Made by a program: the position numbers and the translations under genes. A stretch of 63,683 nucleotides of DNA, filler included, from Octopus bimaculoides (lineage: Eukaryota), in assembly GCF_001194135.2 (NCBI RefSeq). It is 7 parts of 6 records of this genome, joined end to end, with 100 filler letters (N's around TTAATTAATTAA, not from the genome) between each part and the next. Parts side by side here need not be neighbours in the genome. Positions count along the whole stretch, not along the records: positions 61,993 to 63,683 come from NW_026336278.1; 6 more parts are not named here. The stretch is one strand, 5' to 3'. This document shows positions 62,521-63,683 of this stretch, piece by piece; within the stretch, counting starts at the first letter, position 1, and each line of letters opens with the position of its first letter. Below the pieces are notes generated by a model. That model did not search any database. It had not been told where the DNA came from and saw only the letters and a program-made list of their open reading frames with translations.

Positions 62521-63683
62521 GGAAAATACTATTTACTTGTTTAAAGGTTGTACTGGATAAATTGTGTATATATAATAAAGTGTAAGATTAATTTTAACCT
62601 TAGATGGTCTATTGTTGGATCGGCCCCTACGTATAAAGATAATAGAACTGGTTGCCAGTTATTCTCCCTTGAACTTTTGAAAATTATTAAATTTCCTGAT
62701 AAGAATAAACTAATTAATAAGAGGTCAGATTTCAAACCCTCCTGTATCCATAAAATGATGAAAACCTTTAGATATTATAACCCTTAAATCCTCTCTTTTA
62801 GTTATGTGCACTTCTACACCTCATCTATTTAACTATTCCTACCTACCACAACCCAGGCACCTAACTAACATAGCCCGTACTCTACCCCTAACATCAGTAT
62901 TTTGGTTTACCCTCGAATAACTAGGTTATGACCACTTAATTTAAACAAATTTTTAATTTTTAGTTTACACATATTTTTAATTTTTAGTTTACACAAATTT
63001 TTAATAAACGGGATCCATAATCCCAAACCTATGGATATAGTTCTAGCTTCGGTCACTGACTCGAAACCATCCAAGGACACTGCAATACGAAGTTATAACA
63101 CGAAATAACACTGTGTATGTGTATGTATGTGGGTATATATATATGTGTGTATACTGTCTATACTGCTTATAAATTGTTTTGTTTTTTTTTTCATTTGTTT
63201 TTTAATATTTTTTTATATATTTTTTTATATATATACTTCACTTTATGCTTTTACATTTATTTTATACTCTTTTACTTCCGGTTTCGTTGTTTTAATTTTT
63301 TTAATTGTTACTTTCTTTGTATTTCTTATTTTTTATCGGTTATATTTTGACTCGTTTATCATTATCTTTTATATTTTATTATTTTTTTCATATTTAATGT
63401 TTTCATTTTTTACGTTTTAATTAGTTTTATTACTTTTTACTACCCCCCCCCCTTATAACTTATTTCGCTTTTCTTGTTGACATGTTTATTGATTAATTCT
63501 TTAAGGTCTTCTATGTTATAATTACCCTTTCCACTTCCTTCACCCTTCTTCATCTAGATAAGTGTATGTAGATAGGTTAGTACACTTAAGTTGTAATTCG
63601 CTTAGGTTGACCACTCACCACTCACCACAAGAATTTCATGTTTCATGTTTCAAGTCTATTCTGGCATGACACTTCTTATTTAC

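Overview
AT-rich, gap-ridden eukaryotic draft sequence dense in microsatellites; the repeat content suggests a coleoid cephalopod, probably Octopus (inference). The only host coding sequence I can support is one 86-nt minus-strand exon (45550-45465) encoding the first zinc finger of an NR1F nuclear receptor (HR3/ROR). The rest looks like intronic or flanking DNA of that large gene. It holds at least four tRNA-headed SINE families (my labels A-D), decayed non-LTR retrotransposons (R4/Dong, Tx1/L1, RTE, CR1-like), Penelope-like elements (PLEs), a maT/DD37D Tc1-mariner derivative, hAT and piggyBac-type MITEs, and Helitron 3' ends. Notable observations: two near-intact minimal hammerhead ribozymes antisense to the gene plus one disabled sense copy; PLE-associated fold-back hairpins; a Tx1 copy inserted in an (ATCT)n repeat with a 22-bp TSD; a SINE carrying an extra 93-nt 5' segment inside a 17-bp TSD; and a candidate 5' exon split by contig mis-ordering. 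Nearly all ORFs in the supplied track are microsatellite or N-gap artefacts. No CRISPR array, rRNA or true tRNA gene was seen. All alignments and folds were done by eye and repeat boundaries are approximate.
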